A stretch of 64,000 nt of DNA. Source: an uncultured Porphyromonadaceae bacterium (GTDB lineage: Bacteria; Bacteroidota; Bacteroidia; Bacteroidales; Muribaculaceae). Under the pieces are notes generated by a model, which was given only the letters and a program-made list of their open reading frames with translations, was not told the origin of the DNA and ran no database searches. Shown here piece after piece: positions 9,556-18,161 of this stretch (the first letter of the stretch is position 1; each line of letters opens with the position of its first letter). The translations under genes were made by a program, and so were the position numbers. Location of the stretch: positions 6,041-70,040 of the forward strand of contig CAMWVE010000009.1 of assembly GCA_947177685.1 (NCBI GenBank). The letters run 5' to 3'.

Positions 9556-9890
9556 CCTGTCGGCAAACACAGTTCACTAATAAACAGAACCACAGAACAA
9601 TGACGAAAGAATATATACCCTCTCCCGAAAACACCTCTGACATAAACCTGCCGGAAGAGCTGTCATCACTCATAGAGGCAATGGCAAAAAACGTGCATGA
9701 GGTATGGGCAAAAAACCGAATTGCCGAAGGGTGGACCTACGGCGAAAAACGCGATGATGAGAACAAGAAACATCCCTGCCTGATTCCATACGAAATGCTT
9801 CCGGACATCGAAAAAGAATATGACCGCGCCACATCTCAGGAAACCCTCAAACTAATCATAAAATCAGGATTCGAAATCAAGAAGAAGTAA
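9552..9890 (+). CDS. RyR (ryanodine-receptor repeat) domain protein
   Basis: LIEAMAKNVHEVWAKNRIAEGWTYGEKRDDENKKHPCLIPYEMLPDIEKEYDR fits the bacterial RyR domain pattern (He.W...GW.yG...d...k.HP.L.Py..L...EK..DR). The ATG at 9552 overlaps the upstream TGA (ATGA). An alternative ATG is at 9600. Confidence 0.8.
   Translation: MTCRQTQFTNKQNHRTMTKEYIPSPENTSDINLPEELSSLIEAMAKNVHEVWAKNRIAEGWTYGEKRDDENKKHPCLIPYEMLPDIEKEYDRATSQETLKLIIKSGFEIKKK
9827..9890 (+). repeat. 64-bp direct repeat, copy 1 (3' end of the RyR gene including its stop codon)
   Basis: cgccacatctcaggaaaccctcaaactaatcataaaatcaggattcgaaatcaagaagaagtaa. Identical to 11086..11149 except at 2 positions. Confidence 0.95.
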
Positions 9891-9938
9891 TATGTTTTTC
9901 ATATCTTTGCACCATCAAAACTAAATAATCAGATACAC

Positions 9939-11069
9939 ATGTCATGCATGCCGCTACAAGCCCCCCCCCATTCGCAAAACACTAACACTCAACACATTAT
10001 AAAGAAACCAAGAAATTCAAACCTTGAATTGTATCGCATCATCGTTATGCTGATGATAGTTGCGCATCACTATGTTGTCAATTCCGGTTTAACTGAAATT
10101 CTGGAAAAAGAACCTTACTCCCCCGCATATTTAAGCATGTTAATCTTTGGTGCATGGGGAAAAACAGGAATAAATTGTTTTGTCATGATTACCGGATGGT
10201 TCATGTGCAAAGCCAAATTTACATGGCAGAAGTTTGTGAAATTATATCTGCAGATTATCTTTTACAGCATAATAATTTATGGAATATTCTGCGTAACCGG
10301 ACACGAACAATTCAGCGTCTTGAGAGCAGTATTGTTTATGTTCCCTGTGAAAAGCATTTCTGACAATTTCACAAGTTGCTTTCTGATTTTTTATCTGATG
10401 ATTCCATTCATAAACATTCTGATACAACATCTTGACAAGAGAAAACATGCCATTCTGCTGATACTACTTCTTCTTGTATATAGCGCGTTGCCAAATTTCC
10501 CCAAATACAGTTTACATTTCAACTATGTCAGTTGGTTCTGCATCATTTTCATTATAGCCTCCTACATAAGATTTTACGGACTTCCAGTAAAAATTTCTCA
10601 CAAAATGTGGGGCGTGATAACTTTAATTACAGTGCTTATAGGAAGTGCAAGCGTGGCATTCATGGCATACGGGTGGACCTCCGGCGCAATCCGAGCATTC
10701 AATCCATTCTTCTTTGTTGCCGATTCTAACAAATTGCTCTCCCTGATAATAGCAGTGAGTTCATTTATGTTTTTCAAAGATATTCACCTGCCCCATTCCA
10801 GACTTATCAATGCCATTGGAGCATCAACTTTCGGTGTACTTCTGATTCACGCCAATTCCAATGCCATGCGTACATGGTTGTGGACTGAGACCGTTGATTG
10901 TGTAGGTCATTATGGCGATTCTGTATTGTTCACCGTTGGTTATGCACTTGTTTCAATACTGATAATCTTCTTTGTTTGTGCCGGTATTGAATGGTTCAGA
11001 GGAAAATTTATTGAGCCACATATTATGAAAGTGGTTGAAAACTTCATTTCCAAGAAATTCCATATCTGA
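9939..11069 (+). CDS. acyltransferase family 3 (OafA/WecH-like membrane O-acyltransferase)
   Basis: NLELYRIIVMLMIVAHHYVVNSG N-terminal motif. About 10 TM helices. Visibly more AT-rich than its flanks. A TATCTTTG -7 box lies at 9902-9909. Confidence 0.8.
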   Translation: MSCMPLQAPPHSQNTNTQHIIKKPRNSNLELYRIIVMLMIVAHHYVVNSGLTEILEKEPYSPAYLSMLIFGAWGKTGINCFVMITGWFMCKAKFTWQKFVKLYLQIIFYSIIIYGIFCVTGHEQFSVLRAVLFMFPVKSISDNFTSCFLIFYLMIPFINILIQHLDKRKHAILLILLLLVYSALPNFPKYSLHFNYVSWFCIIFIIASYIRFYGLPVKISHKMWGVITLITVLIGSASVAFMAYGWTSGAIRAFNPFFFVADSNKLLSLIIAVSSFMFFKDIHLPHSRLINAIGASTFGVLLIHANSNAMRTWLWTETVDCVGHYGDSVLFTVGYALVSILIIFFVCAGIEWFRGKFIEPHIMKVVENFISKKFHI

Positions 11070-11085
11070 AGAAGGAATTGCCCAA

Positions 11086-11149
11086 CGCCACATCGCAGGA
11101 AACCCTCAAACTAATCATAAAATCAGGGTTCGAAATCAAGAAGAAGTAA
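11086..11149 (+). repeat. 64-bp direct repeat, copy 2 (orphan duplicate of the RyR gene 3' end)
   Basis: 62/64 identical to 9827..9890. Both differences (tct>tcg, gga>ggg) are synonymous in the RyR reading frame, so this copy still encodes ATSQETLKLIIKSGFEIKKK-stop. Confidence 0.95.
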
Positions 11150-11637
11150 CCGAATGGAAATTAGTTGGGACGAACCGTGATGCGTCCACCTCTAATAATC
11201 TAAATATCAACACGAAACCTGACGCTCCACGAAGTGCACCTACGAAGAGGGAAACTTGTCCCGACCTTTATATCGGGAGTATTCATTACTCCTGATAATT
11301 GATTGAGATAGTGAGGTCTACTTATTAGTTTCATGTGCACTCGTTTTACAAACTGAAAAAATTTTTACTTTTGGAAAACGATGCAAAGATACGAAATTTT
11401 TTGATTTGGGAAAACAAAATGGAATTAATGTCAAGGGCGTTTGTTATCGTGGTTTGTTTCAGAAGCAACTGAAAAATGATATTGTTTGACAACATGATGG
11501 CATGGCGGAAGCCGGAGGCATCCGCTCCGCAGGTGTGACCGATCGAATAAAGCGTACGCGCCATGGAGTGTTTATTAGTCCAATTGGACCGATGGGACTA
11601 ATGGGACTAATGGTAGGGAGTGGGTGAAATGAAAGAC

Positions 11638-11663
11638 GGGGGCTGCCTGATGAGGCAGCCCCC
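11638..11663 (-). terminator. GC-rich hairpin downstream of the 2061-aa gene
   Basis: Perfect 10-bp stem gggggctgcc / ggcagccccc with a 6-nt loop, 43 nt after the stop at 11706. The T-tract on the reverse strand is weak. Confidence 0.55.
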
Positions 11664-11705
11664 GCGTCATTGGGATTTAGCGATATTATCGGTTGAATGA
11701 TATTA

Positions 11706-14700
11706 TCAGTTGATGCGGACCTTGGTGGTGCCGGTGGCAGTGTAACGGATGTAGACTCCGGGGAGGAGAACTGATTCGTCGTTGCCACAGTTGATACCCT
11801 GCAGGTTGAAGTAGATGGCTTCACCGTCAGCATCGGCGGTTACGGCTTCTACTCCGGTGGGAATCTGAAGGGGATTCTCGAGTACTTCGGAGTGACCGGT
11901 GCGGACAATTTCCGATACGGCACGCTGCACGGCTGCAGGAGTGATACCGCCGTTGATGGTTTCCCATGTCTGAGGTGCGGTGAACGCGGCGCCATACATG
12001 GTCACGGGGTTAGCGAAGTGAACGGTCTTGTTGTCATCGACGTTCTGCGGCATGACCACGGCTATGGCTTTGATGCTCATGCGTGAGGTCTGACCGAGCA
12101 GTGAACGGGGAGTGGCAAGGAACTGACGCTCTGCTTCCGAACCGGCGGCGAGGTAATAGAACACTTTGCCCGAAGCATACTGGTCAAAGGTGCTCCAGTC
12201 CTGATTGTGGGTGAAGTAATCCGATGTGTAGGGAACCGCAGGTGTAGCCAATGAGAGATTAGCCTCACTGTCAAGACGGTCAACATACTGAACGGTGGAG
12301 AGTATCGCCGGGTCGGCAACGGGCTGCACACCATCGGCAAGATGGGTCTGCGGATCCACGCCGTCCTTGGTATAGAACACTACTACATGGTCGGCAATCA
12401 GAGGATCGATGTCGAAGCTGTAGAGGGTCATGGGGTCAGAATAAGAGGCATCATCATCCGAAACAGTCGCTGCGCCGTTCTCTTCCATTACTGATGTGCT
12501 GAAGCTGATTTCGGGCACAGCATAACCGGCGGCAACGTGCTCGATTGAGCTGATGTGGAATGTTCCCTGACGATAGAAACCTTCTACATTGTAGACGGGA
12601 GCTTTTTCGCCATCTGTGTCAACCATTGTGGAGATGTTGCGGTGAGCCGCATGCACGGTGAGCTCGGTTGCGCGGTCAAATGCATGGCTCAGAGTGTAGC
12701 CATCGGTGTGGTTACCGCTGTTGACAACAACATTTTCAAGTTTCACGAAGCTCATTCCTTCGCCGGCGGGGATGCTGTGGATGGCAGTGAGTGAACTTGT
12801 ATCGCTATGGCTGCCGCTCACGGGTGCGAAGCCGCGGAGAGTACCTGCCATTGCGGTGAACGGATACATGTTTCTGTCATCAGCCGTGCTTACGGTGACG
12901 ATGGGGTCAGTGATAACCGATGTTGCGGTGAGTCCGGCAGTGAAGGCGTTCACGGGGAGGTGTGCCGCTGCTGTGGTGATACCGTCGGTGAAGAATACGT
13001 CGAAGATGCCGTCAGTGAGCGAGTGCTCGGCGTGGAGCACATTCATGTTGCCTTTTATCACATAGATTGTCGAAGGCTCGGTTGCGTCAGCAATGGCGTT
13101 GACCTCCTTGATTTCGCGGGGCTGCTCGGCGCAGATGCGGATTGAACCTGCGGCACCTGCTGCGAAGCCTTCGCCAATGTTGGTGTCACCGGTCTTGACA
13201 GTGGCAGTGCCATCGGCGTTTACAGTGATGCTGAACGGAGTGGCAGTGCTGCTCCATGCAAGGTTATTGCCTGAGAGAGCGAGATAACCTTTGGTGCTGC
13301 TGATGGTGAACACGCCTCCGGGCTGCTCGGCAATGGTAAGCTCTGCGGGATCAGACTTGGCGTTGATCTTACCGTTGACAAGTTCCGAGGGTTTGAGGCT
13401 GTTGTTGAGCACAGTGTTGCCTGAAACGAGATAATATTTATCTTCGGTGTTGATCTGGGCGCTGTGGGTCAGCGACTTAACTTCAGCGATAACAGGCACT
13501 GCGAAATGCTGCGATGCAGGAGCGGGAGTAGTGGTTGTGTGAGCATCCATCGGCACCACGAACATGTTCAGACCGTTGTGCGTGTTAGTGCAACGAGCAT
13601 AGTAAACATAGAGGTTACCGGCATAGTCAAAATCCATCTGCGCTACTTCATCGCCAGCACCCTTCGTGCTCATTGACTCCGGAATTGTAGCCCTGTAAGC
13701 CAGTGTGGGCACGTCGCCGTTCCATGTCACGTCATAGATGTTAATTCCGAGCGTACCCATACCGACAGCCATAACGTTTTCTTCAACATTAAGGGCTACT
13801 GCTCCTAAACAAGCGGGAATTATGTCAGCCTGTGAAGCGGAATTGTAAATGATGTCGCCTTCAAAGTCAACCAACATGAATCCGGGAGTGGTTTCATTAT
13901 TATTACCGCTGCCACGATTCTGGGCAATGAACACACCATGTGAACAAGGATGGAAGTTAACATTATCGTTAGCTAACTTGGCTTCTTTTCCATATCTTGC
14001 CAGTTTAACATTCGGTATTGTCGGAGCGGTTGTCACATGTGAGGCTGTGCCAATATTATGAGTCACAACATAGTGATTATCTGCATTATCACCGCTTGGA
14101 TAGTCCTCCTGATATGTCCAGAGTCGGGTGTTTGCGCCTTCACCGGTGAAGCAAAGACCAGAGCAACCGCCACCGAGCGTCACACCGTTATAGGTCCAGC
14201 AGCCGCCTGAGTCTTTTGTCGCACCTGTGGGAGCGAAGATGTTGCCGGTGCCATATTCAGGATGGAGTGGATTGAACACATAAACGCCGGCACCCTTGTT
14301 GGCATAGTCGTTGGCATAGACACAACCGTCGCTCTTGCGATAAGCCAGGCGATAGAGCGAACCACGGTTGGTTGGCGTCCAGTCACCGAAGCCGGCAAGA
14401 TAGGTGCCGCGTTTCTGGCGGGTGGGTTCGTAGATGGTGAATCCCTGAGCATAACCGTCAGAACGGACAACCAGACCGAATGCCTCGTTTTCGGTGTCCT
14501 TTATAGCAACGACACCACCGCGTGAATCAGCTTTCGGTGCACCCTCAAAGAAGTAGCGACCACCAATAGGCTCCTGCTTGTTGTCGACCTGCACTTCCCA
14601 AGTGTAAGCACCCGGTTCGAGCAAGAAGTAGGGTACGGTGAGAGTGTGAGTACCAGCCGACATTGAGCCCTGAGGATAGCTGTATTCCTTTCCGGACTCA

Positions 14701-17700
14701 GAACGCAGAACCAGAGTCACATTTTCCGATTTCTCGCTCAGAGAGAATGTGTAGTCACACATTGACTCTGTTTCAGTCACCTTAAGACCGTAGGCGAATG
14801 AAGCCGGTCTGATTTCACCACCGCCTTTACCTGAGAACTTGAATTCCATAGCTTCAGGCATACCGGCAGTAAAGAGAGTGAGGGTAGCGCTTGCCGAAGT
14901 TCGGGTTGACGGGGTGTAGGTTACTGTCACACTGCCGCTACCGTCTGCAGCGCTTATAGTAGTGTTGTCAATTTTGAAGTCAGAGCTACCTGACAGAGTC
15001 AGATAGATGTCGCCCTGCAGGTTTTCACCCTCGATGGTGAATGAGCGGGCGGCATTTCTACCCAGTTCCACTTCGCCGAAGTCGGTATCACCGAGATTGG
15101 TAGTGATTTCGGGAGTTTCCACGCCGGGAGGCAGAATGGTTGAAGGGGTCATGAACTTGCTGACTGCGCCGTTGCGGACAGCGAAGAGTGCCAGACGGCT
15201 TTCAAGATAGTTGCCGTTTTCGTCATAAGAAACCACACCTGTGCCGGTTGTGGCAACGTTGGTGTTATCGTAGCTGCTGAGGTTTGCACCTGCAACACCC
15301 ACAGCCTTGGCACTGCCGAGACCTGATGTGATGTCGGCAAGGAGAATACCGTTGTTGGTAGTGCTGTTGACAAACGACGGTGATGTGATGTAAATCTTAC
15401 CGCCGAAACGGAAGATGCCTGTGTGAACTGCGTTTGTGGGAATAACATTGGCAGAAAGAGTAGCCTTGACAGTAGGAACAGTATTATTGCCGGTTCGCGG
15501 GAAAAGCATAGCAGCCGAATTACTACCATTGACAATATATTCATCATCTGCATAAGGCGAAGCGAACATTGTCAAGCCACCATCTTTAGCACCAAAGGCA
15601 TCTCCGAAAGCAGCAACTGTTATTCCGGCTGGTTTGTTATATGCGTTAGCCCCGAGGAGCTGCGAATTCTTCATTTCAAGAGCGACAATACGGAAGGTAG
15701 AACCGGAAGCGCTTCGACCGGGATAGTACCACCATCCGGATTCACGGGTTCCGGACCATGCCATTGTGCCACCGGTAACACCTGTGTTGTAGTTACCTGA
15801 GAAATAAGTGATATTGGCAGGGAGTGGATCACCTTGGGCAATTCCATTTCCATCTTTTGCCCAAACATATTGCAGAACTTTACCATTTTTTAGAAATTCC
15901 TGATCATTAACCCAGTTCATAGCAACGAGCCAACCGTCGGCAGTGATGGCAATATCAGAGATTCCACAGTTACCGCTGATATTCGCTGTTGTGCCGAGAG
16001 TGCGGAGGACTTCACCTTTGACGTGATCAAACACCACGATGGTGGCATTGGAGTCTTGGAGACCGAGGATGTAAAGAACATCGCCTCGGGCAATCACGCG
16101 CTTGATAACCTTGCCGGCAAGCTGAGGTATGGCACGGTCGATATATTCAGGATTGACAGTGTAGGATGAGGGGGCAGAATAACCGAATACGGCTGCGTCA
16201 TCCTGATAGATGACATCAGCGCCGACATTCTGAACACCTTCGCCACCAAGCGTGAAGCTCTGTGTGGAGTAGTCAGTGGTGGTGATGTTGAGAGTGGCAG
16301 TGTGAGTTCCCTTTGATTTGGGAGCATAGGTAACTTTGACGCTACCTTTGCCGTTAGCTTTTACGATGCTTGAGGGAGTGACGCTGAATTGGTCGGCATT
16401 TGCGCCTGAGATGGTTATTTTAATGTCGTCGCGCAGATTGGTAGCCTCGATGTTGTAAGTTTTTTCAGCCGAAGCGCCCACATTCACTCCTCCGAAGTAG
16501 GTGTTCTCAGCCGGAGTGATCTTCATTGTCACCGGCTGGAGCTGCTCCGGGGCAGAGCTGACAATAAACATTCCGCTGTGGACAGTGCGCACATCGCCTG
16601 AGTCAGTAGACTTGTTGACCTGAGAACCGTCGACAAGCAACTGTGAAGAGCCGCCGCAGTCAACCTGCGCGGCATAAGTGGCGCCGAAATGCTTGAGGAT
16701 GTAGGTGAGCTGGTCAGTGCTCAGACCATAATAATTGTTGCTTTTGTGACCACAGACAGCAATGTAAAGTTTTGTGCCGTCATCGTTAGTACCGTAGATA
16801 GTACGGGCATAAACCTTGTTGTTATAGCTTGACTGGTCTACCGGACCACCTTTGCTACCAATGACGTTGCCTGCAACCATGGTCATGCAGTTGCCTGAAG
16901 TAGCCTCCTTTATCAGCGGCCAAGGCTGTCCGTTAGTGATGAACTGGTTGGTTAGGATAAGTTCATCGCCTACGCGGTAGTTACCGGCAAGCACGGCTGC
17001 ATAAGGAGCGCCGGCGATGTCCTGCCCTACGATACAGAGGTCATAGTTGCCCAGTGTGCCGGTGCCGGCATTTGTCTTGACTTCTTTTACGATATATTTG
17101 GTGGTGGAGTTTCCGCCTACCTTCATGGCAGTCTCACCGGGAGCAAGCGAGAGATAGACTTCGGTGCATTTACCTTCCAGAATACTCCAAGTGTTGTTAG
17201 AATTTAGCGTCACCGGCTTGAATGCCTTAGTGCGACCCCATGCCGGGGTATAGACAACAGCCGAACCTTCGGTGACAGTGCGGTTGAAGTCGCGGATGTC
17301 AAGCACATGGTTGATTCGTGTGTTGAGGAACTCCAGTTTAGGAGTGTAATAGTTGATTTTCATGCGTCCGTCAGCGGTGAACGCAATCATTCCGGTCTGC
17401 GCCGGACCGCCGATGTGGCTGCCATAGCCGCCGGTGGCATTCTGCACAAAAGTGGCTCCGTCGTGAATGGCAGTGCCGTGAGGTTGCAGACTCATCTGCG
17501 ATTTCCACGGCTGCTCACTGGTGATCCAGAAGTTAGCATTCGCACCGGCAAGCACTCTGTGACCATCGGTGGAGAGCGCTTTGGAGTAATTGACAAGTGA
17601 TTTAGTACTGCCGCCGGTGGTTCCGGAAGCTGTTTGATACTCAACCGAAACCGTTGGTTCGGTGAGATCGGCAATCACCAGATAAACGTGGGTTCCGCAA

Positions 17701-17891
17701 GAGGTGTAACCGGAAGTAGTACCGTTGCGTCCTGCCGCCTTCAGATACTTGTAGGTCACACCCGGCGCCAACTGACGCTCCACCTCAGTGGTGAAATCAG
17801 CGGAGGTGGTGCCCAGACTGATTTTCTCCGCATGGAGCGAGGGTACAATCAGCCCTGCAGCCAGCGCGGCTGCACACAGCATTTTTTTCAT
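11706..17891 (-). CDS. giant secreted protein: N-terminal phosphodiester glycosidase (NAGPA/DUF2233-like) domain, Ig-like (ASH/HYDIN-like) repeats, beta-propeller-like region, T9SS C-terminal sorting domain
   Basis: The ATG at 17891 gives the signal peptide MKKMLCAAALAAGLIVPSLHA (the track start 17993 is over-extended). AGANANFW ... YGTNDDGTKLYIAVCGHK ... QVDCGGSSQL fits the phosphodiester glycosidase family. There are two ...LxGDIxITxSG..F.V.....GSVxVTYxP...HTATL... Ig-like modules. The C-terminal ...LLPGVYIRYTATGTTKVRIN resembles a T9SS type A tail. Confidence 0.7.
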   Translation of the reverse strand: MKKMLCAAALAAGLIVPSLHAEKISLGTTSADFTTEVERQLAPGVTYKYLKAAGRNGTTSGYTSCGTHVYLVIADLTEPTVSVEYQTASGTTGGSTKSLVNYSKALSTDGHRVLAGANANFWITSEQPWKSQMSLQPHGTAIHDGATFVQNATGGYGSHIGGPAQTGMIAFTADGRMKINYYTPKLEFLNTRINHVLDIRDFNRTVTEGSAVVYTPAWGRTKAFKPVTLNSNNTWSILEGKCTEVYLSLAPGETAMKVGGNSTTKYIVKEVKTNAGTGTLGNYDLCIVGQDIAGAPYAAVLAGNYRVGDELILTNQFITNGQPWPLIKEATSGNCMTMVAGNVIGSKGGPVDQSSYNNKVYARTIYGTNDDGTKLYIAVCGHKSNNYYGLSTDQLTYILKHFGATYAAQVDCGGSSQLLVDGSQVNKSTDSGDVRTVHSGMFIVSSAPEQLQPVTMKITPAENTYFGGVNVGASAEKTYNIEATNLRDDIKITISGANADQFSVTPSSIVKANGKGSVKVTYAPKSKGTHTATLNITTTDYSTQSFTLGGEGVQNVGADVIYQDDAAVFGYSAPSSYTVNPEYIDRAIPQLAGKVIKRVIARGDVLYILGLQDSNATIVVFDHVKGEVLRTLGTTANISGNCGISDIAITADGWLVAMNWVNDQEFLKNGKVLQYVWAKDGNGIAQGDPLPANITYFSGNYNTGVTGGTMAWSGTRESGWWYYPGRSASGSTFRIVALEMKNSQLLGANAYNKPAGITVAAFGDAFGAKDGGLTMFASPYADDEYIVNGSNSAAMLFPRTGNNTVPTVKATLSANVIPTNAVHTGIFRFGGKIYITSPSFVNSTTNNGILLADITSGLGSAKAVGVAGANLSSYDNTNVATTGTGVVSYDENGNYLESRLALFAVRNGAVSKFMTPSTILPPGVETPEITTNLGDTDFGEVELGRNAARSFTIEGENLQGDIYLTLSGSSDFKIDNTTISAADGSGSVTVTYTPSTRTSASATLTLFTAGMPEAMEFKFSGKGGGEIRPASFAYGLKVTETESMCDYTFSLSEKSENVTLVLRSESGKEYSYPQGSMSAGTHTLTVPYFLLEPGAYTWEVQVDNKQEPIGGRYFFEGAPKADSRGGVVAIKDTENEAFGLVVRSDGYAQGFTIYEPTRQKRGTYLAGFGDWTPTNRGSLYRLAYRKSDGCVYANDYANKGAGVYVFNPLHPEYGTGNIFAPTGATKDSGGCWTYNGVTLGGGCSGLCFTGEGANTRLWTYQEDYPSGDNADNHYVVTHNIGTASHVTTAPTIPNVKLARYGKEAKLANDNVNFHPCSHGVFIAQNRGSGNNNETTPGFMLVDFEGDIIYNSASQADIIPACLGAVALNVEENVMAVGMGTLGINIYDVTWNGDVPTLAYRATIPESMSTKGAGDEVAQMDFDYAGNLYVYYARCTNTHNGLNMFVVPMDAHTTTTPAPASQHFAVPVIAEVKSLTHSAQINTEDKYYLVSGNTVLNNSLKPSELVNGKINAKSDPAELTIAEQPGGVFTISSTKGYLALSGNNLAWSSTATPFSITVNADGTATVKTGDTNIGEGFAAGAAGSIRICAEQPREIKEVNAIADATEPSTIYVIKGNMNVLHAEHSLTDGIFDVFFTDGITTAAAHLPVNAFTAGLTATSVITDPIVTVSTADDRNMYPFTAMAGTLRGFAPVSGSHSDTSSLTAIHSIPAGEGMSFVKLENVVVNSGNHTDGYTLSHAFDRATELTVHAAHRNISTMVDTDGEKAPVYNVEGFYRQGTFHISSIEHVAAGYAVPEISFSTSVMEENGAATVSDDDASYSDPMTLYSFDIDPLIADHVVVFYTKDGVDPQTHLADGVQPVADPAILSTVQYVDRLDSEANLSLATPAVPYTSDYFTHNQDWSTFDQYASGKVFYYLAAGSEAERQFLATPRSLLGQTSRMSIKAIAVVMPQNVDDNKTVHFANPVTMYGAAFTAPQTWETINGGITPAAVQRAVSEIVRTGHSEVLENPLQIPTGVEAVTADADGEAIYFNLQGINCGNDESVLLPGVYIRYTATGTTKVRIN

Positions 17892-18161
17892 TTGATTGTG
17901 GGTTGGTTTGATTGGTTTATAAAAAGAATTAGTTTTAATGAGCAAATCTATGAATGTTATTGGCAAAGGTAACACTTTTTCTTTACGTTGCAAAACCGAA
18001 TTGCAGAAAACGGTTGCAAAAAGTGCAAAATCAAAGGCTAAATTCAGGCAATTAACAGTTAATTATTCTTAAAATTTGTTTCAAATGCGGAAAACCGGAA
18101 TAATTAACGTAACTTTGTTTCATAAAACAATACAAATCCTTATAAACCAATTACTAACCTA

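Noticed and set aside
11035-11295. 86-aa ORF spanning the end of the acyltransferase gene and the duplicated RyR 3' end.
   Set aside because: It reads the duplicated segment in a different frame from the RyR gene, overlaps the acyltransferase stop, and has no start context or motif. The region is better explained as a repeat scar.
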